Shown here piece by piece: positions 19,158 to 29,684 of a stretch of 64,000 nucleotides of DNA (positions within the stretch are counted from its first letter, which is position 1; the number at the start of each line of letters is the position of its first letter). This stretch comes from a virus. Taxonomy: Duplodnaviria; Caudoviricetes. The notes beneath the pieces are model-generated. The model saw only the letters and a list, made by a program, of their open reading frames with translations. It did no database searches and was not told the DNA's origin. The stretch is from positions 32,001 to 96,000 of IMG/VR virus record IMGVR_UViG_2904560550_000001. One strand, 5' to 3'. A program made the translations under genes and the position numbers.

Positions 19158-21044
19158 ATGGAGAGGTTGAAAATGACAGCTGTTTTAAGAATTAACGAAG
19201 AGTTAAACGGGATTGAACTTTATTTTGATAGTAAACCAAAACAAGAGGTTTTAACTCATCTTAAATCAAACGGTTTTCGATACTCTGGATTCAAAAAATG
19301 TTGGTGGAGCAAACGGACAGAAAAATCAATGCAGGTCGCTAATGGTGTCACTAAACAAGAAATCTCATCTTCTAATACAATCACAAAAACCAAAAAGAAA
19401 GCTAAAGGTGTAAAAATGAATCTGTGGGATGCAACACAATGGAGTGAAGTAGAAGTAAATAAGGAACAAGAAGTAAAAGAAATGGCAAAGGAAATAAGAA
19501 AGCATTTAAGACAACGTTTCCCACAATGCAAATTCTCTGTTACTACTGGGGGAAGCTATTTACATAGCACTATTAACATCACAATCAAATCAAGTCCTTA
19601 TGAAAAAGGCTCAGCTTATTTGACTGCGATTTATGATTATTGCAACAGTCTTTTAAACAATTATCGCCATTGCTACAGCCCAGCAGATCCATACACTGAT
19701 TACGCAGGTAGCTACAATTTCTATGGTCGTGTTTCATTAGATTGGGAATACACAGTGACAGAACAAACAGAAGAAATTAAAGAAGATATGACACTGTTTG
19801 ATTCAAAGATGGAAGAATTCGACAGAGCCGAGAAAGCGAGAAAAGAAAAAGAACTTCAGGAATATTTTAAAGAACAAGAAATCAAAAATGCTGAATATAA
19901 GAGACAGCAACAAGAAGAAAAGAAACAAATTGAAAATATCTATAGCAGAATTGTAGTAAAACAATTGAACGAAGAACAACAGTATTTTGTTATTGATTCA
20001 CAGTTCGCAAACTTAAATAAGAATAGCACACTTGATCAATATAAAGATGAGGTTACCAAAGGAGATTTTACTCTCGAAAATGTAAAAATTACAAAAGAAG
20101 TGCATTTCAATACTGAAGAAGCTTTAAACAACTTTTCTAACATGCTTTTAAATGATTTTGATTTTCTTGCGGAAACCGGTGGAAGCTTTACGGAGGACAA
20201 CAGAATCAACTCAATGATTGATTATTACATTATGGACGATCTAGAAAAGAACACAGTCAAATGGAATTTATATGGCGTAGGAGTGTACTACGGCGGGAAA
20301 TTGCAGTTTGTTATAGACGCTCAAGGCTATTCTTATGCGAGATATGTTGGCTTAGTGGATAATGCCAAAATTGAAAAGTCGATTTCTCATAAACAAGCGG
20401 TAAAAGATGAAGAATTGCAGGAGTTAAAACATCAAGCGGGAAAAATAGAAGATCTTTCTAGCTCAGTCATTGAAGAATTAAATATATTTGCAACCTGGAA
20501 TAATGAAGACTGGGACAAATATAAAGCTTTACTCAAAGAAAAATTGAAATTGAATAATTTAAAATTGAGTAAAAATGTTATCCAACAAGCAGATACAGAA
20601 AAATTAAAAACTGCTTTATACAGAATTCTCCATGAAGTTGACAGTATACAAGAACAATTTAAAAATGCTGATTTTGAAAAAGGTGAAAAATATACTCTGT
20701 TTTACATATCTGATCTTGGATCTTTAATTACTGAAAGAATAACGTATGACAGTTGCCAGTCAACTAAATATGCTCAATATGATAATGCAGTGAAGTTGAC
20801 ATACCGGCCTGAAAATAAAAGAAATTTATATTACCGACACTTCTATTCAGAATTATTGATGTTCAAAGGATGGCACTCGCTGCCCGAAACAGTGTTGAAT
20901 AATGTAGAGGTTAAACCAGATGGAACTAAAATAATTCACAGTAAGTACTACTCGTGTGACAAAAGACAATTTGACGAGGTTTTAAATTACTTAAATCATA
21001 AAAGCTTCAAACCTTTAATCAATACTTATAAGTCTAATCTATGA
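19158..21044 (+). CDS. Large hypothetical protein with an LPD29-like domain
   Basis: 628 aa; AKEIRKHLRQRFPQCKFSV resembles LPD29; N-terminal GFRY...KCWW motif. Confidence 0.65.
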   Translation: MERLKMTAVLRINEELNGIELYFDSKPKQEVLTHLKSNGFRYSGFKKCWWSKRTEKSMQVANGVTKQEISSSNTITKTKKKAKGVKMNLWDATQWSEVEVNKEQEVKEMAKEIRKHLRQRFPQCKFSVTTGGSYLHSTINITIKSSPYEKGSAYLTAIYDYCNSLLNNYRHCYSPADPYTDYAGSYNFYGRVSLDWEYTVTEQTEEIKEDMTLFDSKMEEFDRAEKARKEKELQEYFKEQEIKNAEYKRQQQEEKKQIENIYSRIVVKQLNEEQQYFVIDSQFANLNKNSTLDQYKDEVTKGDFTLENVKITKEVHFNTEEALNNFSNMLLNDFDFLAETGGSFTEDNRINSMIDYYIMDDLEKNTVKWNLYGVGVYYGGKLQFVIDAQGYSYARYVGLVDNAKIEKSISHKQAVKDEELQELKHQAGKIEDLSSSVIEELNIFATWNNEDWDKYKALLKEKLKLNNLKLSKNVIQQADTEKLKTALYRILHEVDSIQEQFKNADFEKGEKYTLFYISDLGSLITERITYDSCQSTKYAQYDNAVKLTYRPENKRNLYYRHFYSELLMFKGWHSLPETVLNNVEVKPDGTKIIHSKYYSCDKRQFDEVLNYLNHKSFKPLINTYKSNL

Positions 21045-21096
21045 AATAAGAGGGGATGGGAAAGCATCTCATTCCCTAAAAAGGGGAGAACAAAAA

Positions 21097-22698
21097 ATGT
21101 TTAAAGATAATCCGGATTTTTATCCAACACCACCACGGTTAATCCGAAAAATGACATCTAAAGTAGAATGGAAGTACATAAACTCTGTTCTGGAGCCGTC
21201 AGCAGGCAAAGGGAACGTAGTAGAAGCCATTTACACTCAATTTAAAAACACCAACAACTATAGAAGGAATTCGAAATATGACATTGATACAATTGAACAA
21301 GATGAAAACTTACGGCACATACTTAGAGGCAAAGATTACAGAGTGATAGCAGATGACTTTTTAACGTTTAACACTTACAAGAAGTATGATTTGATTTTTA
21401 TGAATCCACCTTTTAGTAGCGGTGTTAAACATTTATTAAAGGCGATTGAATTAATTGAAAAGCAACAAAGATCTGGCCAAATTGTTTGCTTACTAAATGC
21501 CGAAACATTAAAAAATCCGTATTCAAATGACAGGAAATTTCTTATACGTAAGCTAGAGGAAATAAATGCAGAAGTTGAATACATTCAAAACGCTTTTTCG
21601 AACTCTGAGCGAAGCACAGAAGTTGAAACGGCGTTAATATACATAAGCATTGAAAAACAAGAATATAACAGCGTTCTAATAGAAGAATTGAAAAAAGATG
21701 AGTCCCATAAAATTAGTGCCGATTATAAAGCAACACAGTTAGTGAATGCAGACTTTATAAAAGGAATTGTAGAACAGTTCAATTATGAAATCAAAGCGGG
21801 TTTAAAATTAATCAATGAATATAACAGTTTAAAACCATTAATGCTGCATAGTTTCAATGATGACAGTACTCCAATATTGATGCTGCTAATTGATAAGAAT
21901 ACCGAAGAAAATGACATAGAGAATGCATATATAAAACAAATTAGGGCGAAGTATTGGAATACGTTATTTAACAATGATCAATTTATGGGGCTCTTCACAA
22001 GCAACCTGAAACAAAAGTACTTGCAGCACGTTGAGGAATTAAAAGATTATGACTTTTCTTTGTTCAATATCTATACATTAAGAATTCAGATGAGCAAAGA
22101 GATGACGCAGGGCGTAGAAGATACAATACTTAATCTTTTTGAAGAATTTAGCCACAAGCATTACTATGATGAATCATCAAAAAATGTGCACTTATATAAT
22201 GGGTGGAAAACAAATAAATCATATAAAATTAATAAAAAAATAATTATTCCATTGAACGTGTATAGCTGGCTAGATGGTCGGTATAATCCAACAGATTATA
22301 AGGTCTTAGAAAAGTTGAAAGATATCGAAAAAGTTTTCAATTATCTTGACAATGGATTGACAGAAGATATAAATATTGTTGAAACTTTAAAATTAGCTGA
22401 GCATTATGGGGAGACGAAAAAAATAGAGTTAAAGTACTTCTATGTAACTTTTTATAAAAAAGGGACATGTCACATCGAGTTTAAAGATACGGAAATTCTG
22501 AAGAAATTTAATATCTTTGGCAGTCAAAAGAAAAATTGGCTTCCTCCTTCATATGGCAAAGTGAAATATCAGGATATGACAGCAGAAGAAAAAGACGTAA
22601 TCAATGATTTTGAGGGTGTGCAATCTTACAGCGAAACGGTAAATAACGCTTCTTATTATATCCTGGATACATCGAAGTTTCTCATGCTAACATCATAA
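21097..22698 (+). CDS. N6-adenine methyltransferase with a DUF4942-like C terminus
   Basis: FYPTP, VLEPSAGKG (motif I), NPPF (motif IV), YKKGTCH. Confidence 0.85.
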   Translation: MFKDNPDFYPTPPRLIRKMTSKVEWKYINSVLEPSAGKGNVVEAIYTQFKNTNNYRRNSKYDIDTIEQDENLRHILRGKDYRVIADDFLTFNTYKKYDLIFMNPPFSSGVKHLLKAIELIEKQQRSGQIVCLLNAETLKNPYSNDRKFLIRKLEEINAEVEYIQNAFSNSERSTEVETALIYISIEKQEYNSVLIEELKKDESHKISADYKATQLVNADFIKGIVEQFNYEIKAGLKLINEYNSLKPLMLHSFNDDSTPILMLLIDKNTEENDIENAYIKQIRAKYWNTLFNNDQFMGLFTSNLKQKYLQHVEELKDYDFSLFNIYTLRIQMSKEMTQGVEDTILNLFEEFSHKHYYDESSKNVHLYNGWKTNKSYKINKKIIIPLNVYSWLDGRYNPTDYKVLEKLKDIEKVFNYLDNGLTEDINIVETLKLAEHYGETKKIELKYFYVTFYKKGTCHIEFKDTEILKKFNIFGSQKKNWLPPSYGKVKYQDMTAEEKDVINDFEGVQSYSETVNNASYYILDTSKFLMLTS

Positions 22699-22708
22699 TA
22701 CGCACTTT

Positions 22709-22759
22709 TAGAATAAAAATAAAATAATTATTGATTATTTAAAATAGTCATGATATACT
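22709..22759 (+). promoter_or_regulatory. SPBRE plus SigA promoter with a palindromic spacer
   Basis: TAGAATAAAAATAAAATA then TTGATT-17-TATACT. Confidence 0.7.
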
Positions 22760-22840
22760 TAAATCAAGTTAAAACAACAGCGTAACATACATATTTTAAG
22801 AATAAAAATAAAATATTTAATATTAAAAGGAGAGATTAAA

Positions 22841-23374
22841 ATGTTTGAAATTCCTTGTAAAAAGTGTGGCGGTAGAGGGGTAATCCCTTACTACAGACAT
22901 ATAAACGGTGGCGAATGCTTTGACTGTAGTGGGTCAGGAATCGAGGAAGTATCGAAAGAAGAATATGACGCATATTTAGAGAACGAGAAGTTCAAAAAAA
23001 GGGTGAAGGAAAAGGGAACTTTTGTTGTCTTCAATAAAACAACAGATGAATTTGAATATTTCAACTCGTTGAAAGAAGTGATTGGAAAATATGGAAACTT
23101 GTATAGTTTTGCAAGAAAATACGCAGGTTATACAGCATATTTCTGTAATAGTCACGAGGATTTGGTAATTAAAAAGTACTACGGTGACAATAGTTTTATA
23201 CAAGATTTTAGAAAACAAGTGATAATTGATAAGAAAGACAAGCTGAAAAAATGGATCGAAATGTTAAATGAATGGTTAAAAAAGGCGTTTGAAAACAAAA
23301 AATTTGCCGATGAAATTCCCGAATTGAAAAGCATGATTAAAGAAGCTGAACAAGAGTTAAAAGCGATAAGTTAA
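22841..23374 (+). CDS. Hypothetical protein with a DnaJ-like Zn finger
   Basis: CKKCGGRG...CFDCSGSG; AAAGGAG RBS. Confidence 0.75.
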   Translation: MFEIPCKKCGGRGVIPYYRHINGGECFDCSGSGIEEVSKEEYDAYLENEKFKKRVKEKGTFVVFNKTTDEFEYFNSLKEVIGKYGNLYSFARKYAGYTAYFCNSHEDLVIKKYYGDNSFIQDFRKQVIIDKKDKLKKWIEMLNEWLKKAFENKKFADEIPELKSMIKEAEQELKAIS

Positions 23375-23497
23375 AGTCGTTTGGGCAAATAAATCAACTT
23401 AGCTATACAGTGCCCTTTGCCGTCAAAGCAGGGGGCTGCTTTTTAACACAATATACTTTATGAAATGCATATTTTAAACAGAATGGGGATATTTAAA

Positions 23498-23929
23498 ATG
23501 AAAACAACACTTAAAAAATTGTCTCAAAAAGAACTTCATAATCTAATTGGAAGTACTGTTATATTAACAGAAAATCACACAACGATTTCTGGGGACAGAG
23601 TTTTAAAGAAAAAAGGATCTCAAGGGATACTGGTTGATTATCAAATGTTTTGGGGCGAGGCCACCATCCAATTTGGCAAAAGAAATTACAAAGTTGGCAT
23701 GGACATTGTTCAGCTTTTAGAGCAATCAGGGGAAATCGAACAAAAGAGCAGCGATGTATCCAAAAAAGCAGAAACAGAAAAAGCTACTGAAAAGGAGTGT
23801 ATTTTCAAAGAGACAAGAACAGTAGACCAAATTCTTGATGAACATAATGATTATATGACTTTGTATAGAATCTTTAATGATGATGCTTACTTAGAAAAAT
23901 CAAGACAAACGCTACAGCAACTGAAATAG
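23498..23929 (+). CDS. Hypothetical protein
   Basis: ORF with a GGGGA RBS before ATG 23498. Confidence 0.65.
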   Translation: MKTTLKKLSQKELHNLIGSTVILTENHTTISGDRVLKKKGSQGILVDYQMFWGEATIQFGKRNYKVGMDIVQLLEQSGEIEQKSSDVSKKAETEKATEKECIFKETRTVDQILDEHNDYMTLYRIFNDDAYLEKSRQTLQQLK

Positions 23930-23979
23930 TTATAAGTGAATCAAAATAAAACAGCAGTTTAATAGGGAAGGGGAATTAT

Positions 23980-24216
23980 ATGCGTGAATTAGAGTTATTG
24001 CTCTTAGTGATGTGGGCAGAAAATGGTGTTAACGAAGTTTATAAGTATAAAAATAGAATCAAGGCATTTCGTGAACCGTTGGTTAATATCGAGTTGATTA
24101 ATGACTTGAGTTGCGGAGGTATGTTTGCGGACATTGACGACGTTGCAAATCACAAGAACGCTTCGTCAGTAGATTATAAAGTAAGTATCGCAACCTTAGT
24201 TGAAAATAGGAGATAA
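23980..24216 (+). CDS. Hypothetical protein, possibly truncated (same frame resumes after TAATAA and runs to 24315)
   Basis: GGAAGGGG RBS; in-frame continuation DWDFTGRQDCL... Confidence 0.55.
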   Translation: MRELELLLLVMWAENGVNEVYKYKNRIKAFREPLVNIELINDLSCGGMFADIDDVANHKNASSVDYKVSIATLVENRR

Positions 24217-24352
24217 TAAGATTGGGACTTTACTGGTAGGCAGGATTGTTTGGCACTGGAAGGTCAACAGCAGTTTTTTGAATATGTAAAAGAAATTAAG
24301 CCATTAATTAGTTAGGCAACTGAGTAGTTAAAGAGAGGGGAAATATAAATCC

Positions 24353-24517
24353 ATGAAGGTAAAACAATTGATTGATTCATTGCAAACCATGTTGGAGAAA
24401 GGTGAAATAAAGGAGGATACAACTGTGCTGCTCAATACGTATGACGACTGCATGTACGAAGTAGCATGTGTTGAGCCACTGGGAGAGTTTATACAAATTG
24501 AAGCCGAGATTAAATAG
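24353..24517 (+). CDS. Hypothetical 54-aa protein
   Basis: GAGGGG RBS; MKVKQLIDSLQ... start typical of phage small proteins. Confidence 0.6.
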   Translation: MKVKQLIDSLQTMLEKGEIKEDTTVLLNTYDDCMYEVACVEPLGEFIQIEAEIK

Positions 24518-24561
24518 AACAACTTATTAAAAAGATCATAAACAATGAAAGGAGTGCTCAA

Positions 24562-24711
24562 ATGGACATTGAAGTCAAGAAAACAAAAGGTGCATTAGAT
24601 AGTGTCGTACTTGAAATTATAGATAAATCAAAGGAAGAAAGTGATTCGGAGGTAATTGCAGTTCACCAATCTTTTTTTCTGGAACCTCTTCCTCTTGGGT
24701 ACATTGATTAA
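24562..24711 (+). CDS. Hypothetical 49-aa protein
   Basis: AAAGGAG RBS; MDIEVKKTKGALDSV... Confidence 0.55.
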   Translation: MDIEVKKTKGALDSVVLEIIDKSKEESDSEVIAVHQSFFLEPLPLGYID

Positions 24712-24745
24712 TAAAAAAATGAATGTTAAAAGAAAGGTGATTAAC

Positions 24746-24943
24746 ATGAAGAAATGGATTAAATTTGACTACGATGATGGAGCGGAAGTTTTTTATAATA
24801 TAAATAACCCTGACCCCAACGGAGAGATCACTATTGATTTTAAGGTGAAACACTCAGAAGAAGATGTAAAAGAGTTTCAATTATACGATGATGAATTAGA
24901 GCAAGTGTACAATCAATTACAAGAAATGAAAAAGGAGTTGTAA
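24746..24943 (+). CDS. Hypothetical acidic protein
   Basis: AAAGGTGA RBS before ATG 24746. Confidence 0.6.
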   Translation: MKKWIKFDYDDGAEVFYNINNPDPNGEITIDFKVKHSEEDVKEFQLYDDELEQVYNQLQEMKKEL

Positions 24944-25125
24944 TGGGATATAGCAAAGATTTTGCAATCAATCTTGCAAATGAGAGAGCAAACAAACTTG
25001 GGTTTAAGCATTATGTCATTCATAATCCTAAAGATTATAGAGAAATTTTTAATAATACAGGTTTTGTTGTGGCACAGACGGTAAAAGAAAATGAAAAGTC
25101 ATCTATTGTTTACGAAACAGAATGA
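24943..25125 (+). CDS. Hypothetical protein
   Basis: AAGGAG RBS; start overlaps the previous stop. Confidence 0.6.
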   Translation: MGYSKDFAINLANERANKLGFKHYVIHNPKDYREIFNNTGFVVAQTVKENEKSSIVYETE

Positions 25126-25338
25126 AAAGGGGAGATAAAATTGATGAGCTGCTAATCAAGTGTGAAATGCGGGTATAAATGGAATGGCGATGACTTTGAT
25201 GAAAACTGTCCATCATGTGAAAGCGAAAATATCAAAGTTATTGGATGAAACGTTAGTATTCCAAAGCCTATTTTAAATAAAAACACCATTTCATGCTAAA
25301 CAGGATTCGGGCTGCCTACATAAGAACAGCCCTTGCAG

Positions 25339-26431
25339 TTAGCTCGCAATCCTTGTTTTGACTGGTTTGTTTTTCTTGATATTACGTAATTTAAGAGCGG
25401 GTTTTTCCACTATTCTGTACGAAAGAAATGCGATTGCAGCAGTGACAACAATTAGAACTATAATCAGCGGGTAATCTGATAGTGACTTATAAATTCCGGT
25501 GTACAAGAAGATGTTGATAATCACCATATGCCATATGAAAATTCCCATGCTGATATCGTCTAACCTGTTTAGCTGCCACAATATCTTCGGCCCATTGTAT
25601 CCGAACCAGACGATCGCATAGCTCAAAGGGATAAACCATAAAAAACTCCATAGTGTACTGTTTATTGAACTGAGATGTAAAAGGTCAATTTTAAAGAATA
25701 AAAATAAAGTAACAGAAGAAAAAAAATAAAACGATATGCTGCGGCGACTTATTCCATGCCTTTGCCCAGAAGATTCCCAACGTGAAATAAAACATTTGCG
25801 GCAGGAAAGAATGTAAGTATAGGTTACCGATAAGATTCCCAGGCAAGAACTTTAAAGTTACGAAAGAAACCAAAACACTTAAAGCGGAAACAGCAAAAGA
25901 ACAAAGAATCATTTTCTTAAATCCGAAACGTTTAAATAACCAATAAATAGCTGGTAACACTAAGTAAAAGCTAATTTGAACAGGAATTGTCCAAAGTGAA
26001 TCGTTAAGGCGACCTGTGCCAATATGATGGAATATGTCAGGGAAGTATTGAGGGTATAGCACAAGATTGCTCAGAAGCCATATCCAGTAATCTTTTGTAG
26101 TGAATACTGTTAATGAAAGAGCTCCTAGAACAATTAACAGTACCGTGGAGGTAATAGCATAGGTGTATATTGCGGGTGCGATCCTGATAATTCGGCTCCA
26201 ATAAAAATCGGTTATATTGTTTCCTTTAAGCTTGGATCTCTCATAAGAAGTGAAAAGGAAAAATGCGCTTAGAAAAAAGAAGATTGATATACCGGTGTGA
26301 AACATTGCTTTACTCTCTGGAGTATAACCAAAGACAGAAATGTTTAGATCTCTTGTAGCATGACCAACTAACACACATAGAGCAGCAAACAGCCTGATAA
26401 CAAAGAAACAGTTAGAATGCTTTACGTTCAT
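25339..26431 (-). pseudogene. Acyltransferase-3 (OafA/OatA-like) membrane O-acyltransferase, frameshifted in a T8 tract
   Basis: IRLFAA..H, FFFLSAF, SRIIRIAP, SLWTIPVQ and DISMGIFIWH motifs; deleting one base of the tract at 25719-25726 fuses the two ORFs. Confidence 0.8.
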
Positions 26432-26804
26432 TTTAAAGAACCTCTTTCCTATACCGTATGGCGAATAAGCAGTAAGGCTGCCTATAAGCAGTGATGATTA
26501 TATCATAAAAATGGAAGAAATGTTCTTTAAAATGAATATTTTTGTTCTTTATATAATTTTTTGTGTGGTTTATGATGATATTGATATATATAGACACACA
26601 TAGATACTCATAGATACATGTATATCTTGCTGTATCACGGTGAACACAGATAAAGAAGGAGTTTCATTTCCTAGGCTAAGTACCGATATAAATCATGGAA
26701 AAGAAGCAGGAAGGAAAATACAGAAAATTATGAGGTAGGTTTGGAGATGTGAATATTTTAATTTTACCCAGGAGGAGATCTTATTAAATTTATGGCTGAA
26801 AAAT

Positions 26805-26856
26805 AAGAATAAATATAAAATAAATTATTGACTATTTTAAGTAGTCGTTGTATACT
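26805..26856 (+). promoter_or_regulatory. SPBRE-like element plus SigA promoter with a palindromic spacer
   Basis: AAGAATAAATATAAAATA then TTGACT-17-TATACT. Confidence 0.65.
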
Positions 26857-26901
26857 TAATTTACAAGATGAAAATAAAATTATCGAATGGGAGAGGTCAA
26901 C

Positions 26902-27174
26902 ATGACAAAATATAAACTTTTCTATGGCGTGGGCGGTTCAATAAACGATATCACAAGAGATGAAGAAGCTTTTGATTTTGATAGTTATGACGAGGCTATT
27001 AATATTGCTAGGCAGCAAGCCTTTGAAGCGTTTGAAGATTACGAAGTGATTTGTAGAGTATTAAGTGTTGAAGAAAGAATGCAACAAGAAGGTTTAACAG
27101 AAGAAGAGGCCATTGCTGAGTACGAAGAAGATGTCGAATCTTTTATTGAATATGGCGCAGAAGAAGTAAAATAA
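26902..27174 (+). CDS. Hypothetical acidic protein
   Basis: GGGAGAGG RBS before ATG 26902. Confidence 0.65.
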   Translation: MTKYKLFYGVGGSINDITRDEEAFDFDSYDEAINIARQQAFEAFEDYEVICRVLSVEERMQQEGLTEEEAIAEYEEDVESFIEYGAEEVK

Positions 27175-27253
27175 AAAGTCTCTGTGATGACATCCTATTA
27201 TAGACCACCCCCTTTTTTAAATGTAGTATAATTTGGAAGAAGGGGGTGGGGAA

Positions 27254-27691
27254 ATGAAAAAGTTAGGTTTGAGCATTGCTGCTGTGTCTTTAACTTGGTG
27301 TTTGAGTAGCGGAAGTACTTTGGCCAAGATTACAAAAGATGAACATAAGGTCAGCTTTAAAATGACTGAGAATGAAACGGGCTTTTTTATGGCTGATGAC
27401 ACCAATCTCGAGTATTGGCCAACTAAGTTGGGATACAGGTTCACCATTTACAATGCTGAAGGTTGTACATTAAATTTTAAACTCCAAAGAATTACACTGG
27501 CAGGTTATGATTTTACTCTAAGTGAAAAGAATTTCACGGGAAATCATTTGAACTTGAGCGCAGAGGATAAGGTGAATGGTGATGCAAACAGGAATCATTA
27601 CTTAAGTATCACAAAAGGAACCGGCTGCGGTGACGTCTGGATTAAAGGCTTTTATGGATTCGAACATGATGAGCCGGATGATGATTGGTAA
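27254..27691 (+). CDS. Secreted hypothetical protein
   Basis: Signal peptide MKKLGLSIAAVSLTWCLSSGSTLA; own TATAAT upstream and terminator downstream. Confidence 0.7.
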   Translation: MKKLGLSIAAVSLTWCLSSGSTLAKITKDEHKVSFKMTENETGFFMADDTNLEYWPTKLGYRFTIYNAEGCTLNFKLQRITLAGYDFTLSEKNFTGNHLNLSAEDKVNGDANRNHYLSITKGTGCGDVWIKGFYGFEHDEPDDDW

Positions 27692-27784
27692 GTTTAATAC
27701 ATAGTCAAGGTATATCCTTGACCTTTTTTATGGATATAATGATAATTTAAAGTGATCATACATAATGAATGTGGGGTAGTTAAA

Positions 27785-28018
27785 TTGATTAAATCAAATT
27801 TAAAGCCGATATTAGACGAAAGGAATATCAGTATTCGAAAGCTGTCCAATGATATTGACCATGGTTTTAACACAGTTAGAAAGCTTTATCATGATGAAAT
27901 GGAGCGGTATCCAAGAGACCTCTTAGATAAAGTCTGTTCCTATTTAGATATTGAGCTACATGAGCTGTTGATTTATAAAAAAGATGAAAAAGATATTGAT
28001 CACTTAAAGTGGTCATGA
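27785..28018 (+). CDS. yopB: Cro/C1-type HTH regulator (YopB-like)
   Basis: [20 protein letters not shown]...[16 protein letters not shown]. Confidence 0.65.
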   Translation: MIKSNLKPILDERNISIRKLSNDIDHGFNTVRKLYHDEMERYPRDLLDKVCSYLDIELHELLIYKKDEKDIDHLKWS

Positions 28019-28103
28019 TATACTAAAGTTACAAAAAAAGTAAGGAAATAAAATTTCCAGATGTAATTTAAAGCGCACATTACAATAAAAGGAGAGAGAA
28101 TAT

Positions 28104-28295
28104 ATGAAAGATTATTCAGTGAAATTTTACGATCAGGACTATATGCTATTATCTGAAATAATTAAAGCCGAAAGTTTAGAAGACCTAAAAATGAGCGCGG
28201 ATAGCAAAGCGAAAACCTTGATGGAAGAGAATGGAGTTAATGAGATCACTTGGACAGCAAGTGACGTTGTACTTGAAGGAAAGGTTATAGAGTAG
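28104..28295 (+). CDS. Hypothetical protein
   Basis: AAAGGAG RBS; promoter TTGATC-17-TATACT upstream. Confidence 0.65.
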   Translation: MKDYSVKFYDQDYMLLSEIIKAESLEDLKMSADSKAKTLMEENGVNEITWTASDVVLEGKVIE

Positions 28296-28326
28296 GAACA
28301 CAAACTTAATTAGAGGAGGAAAGGCA

Positions 28327-28704
28327 ATGATAAAACAAGAAGAAATCATCTTAATGGAAGCACTTCTAAGAGATGTAAGAGGTAACTGGTCAGATGAAAT
28401 TATATCCAGGTTGACAGAGGCAAACCGGATTGCCAAGAGTCACAATTTTGAAGCAATAGAGAAAAAAACTCGTGGAATTATAGACGCAGAAATGACAGGA
28501 AACAATAAGAATTTTGACGGGAGATGTTTTAGATCAGACTACAAATCAGGCGGTTATGAAGGCTTGAGCGAATTTTATGGTGGAGATGGCAATTTTAAAT
28601 TGAAAGCCAGATCAAAAGAATTTTTGCAAAAAGTGGACGAGCTGATGACAAATGACTGGCTTATCTTTCCGGATTTTGACGAATACAATCAATGCAATGT
28701 TTAA
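28327..28704 (+). CDS. Hypothetical protein
   Basis: GAGGAGG RBS. Confidence 0.65.
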   Translation: MIKQEEIILMEALLRDVRGNWSDEIISRLTEANRIAKSHNFEAIEKKTRGIIDAEMTGNNKNFDGRCFRSDYKSGGYEGLSEFYGGDGNFKLKARSKEFLQKVDELMTNDWLIFPDFDEYNQCNV

Positions 28705-28741
28705 ATAAAATCGTACTTTCATAGGGAAAAGAGGAAAAGAA

Positions 28742-29056
28742 ATGTTGCCAACTTCTTTAAAAGCAAAAGTTCAGCGAATTTTATTAAAAGGTAGCTTTAA
28801 AAAATCTGAGAGCTCTAAAAGCGGAGTAAAAGGACTAAGCAATATTTCTGCGGGTTTTACTTTTGCCAAGACGTTTGACGACGATTACTGCCTCTATTAT
28901 ACAGCTGGTAATATGGCCTTCCGGGGAATGCCCAACGAAGAAAAGGATAATCAAACAGAAAAAATGTATCAGTTCTTATTGGATCAGGGCCTTCAAAAAA
29001 ACATTGAACTGATAGAGTTTAGAAATCAAAAAGCAATTTTGTTGAAAGTGGAGTAA
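28742..29056 (+). CDS. Hypothetical protein
   Basis: GAGG RBS; flanked by two junction motifs. Confidence 0.6.
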   Translation: MLPTSLKAKVQRILLKGSFKKSESSKSGVKGLSNISAGFTFAKTFDDDYCLYYTAGNMAFRGMPNEEKDNQTEKMYQFLLDQGLQKNIELIEFRNQKAILLKVE

Positions 29057-29120
29057 TTTCGCAGCACTTTGAGAAACAGCATAAAATCATTCTTTTATAA
29101 AAATAGAAAGGGTTAAATTT

Positions 29121-29666
29121 ATGAACTATAAAGGCAATATAAATACTGATTTCTTATTGGCATTAAATGAATGTATTAACTTTCTTCCAGATGATCACAA
29201 CAACTTAAATTGGACTATTGTGTTTTATGATCTACAGAACTTCATTAAGGATCATAAAGATAATAAAGTGTATCCAATAGAACACTTTAATAAAATACTA
29301 GATATAAATTCACCTGCTTCAGGATCTACAGTGAGTCAAATTAAACAAATCCATCTGTTCCTGTTTAAATATGAATTTAATCAAGGTGAATTAATTAAGT
29401 TAATCGGAAACATTTATCATGAAATAAGACATGCATGGCAATACTCCAATAATATTTATGAAATTGAAAACGAAATCTCTCCTCACGAGGATTTTGAAGC
29501 TTATATTAAACAGCCTTGGGAATTAGATGCATATAAGTTTCAGTTGAAATATATGAGAGAACATTATAACAAGATCTTAGAAATTTTTAATCTGAAAGAC
29601 TATGTTGTCCCTGTTTACAATTTTCACGAAAATATAATGAAATTAATTGACGAGGAAATAATCTAA
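29121..29666 (+). CDS. Zincin-like metallopeptidase domain protein
   Basis: YHEIRHAWQ (HExxH) and Y..QPWELDA. Confidence 0.65.
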   Translation: MNYKGNINTDFLLALNECINFLPDDHNNLNWTIVFYDLQNFIKDHKDNKVYPIEHFNKILDINSPASGSTVSQIKQIHLFLFKYEFNQGELIKLIGNIYHEIRHAWQYSNNIYEIENEISPHEDFEAYIKQPWELDAYKFQLKYMREHYNKILEIFNLKDYVVPVYNFHENIMKLIDEEII

Positions 29667-29684
29667 CTGAAAAAGAGCATTAAA

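Noticed and set aside
26589-26620. Short tandem (CA)TAGA(C/T)AC repeats
   Set aside because: Only about three degenerate 10-bp units; no supportable function
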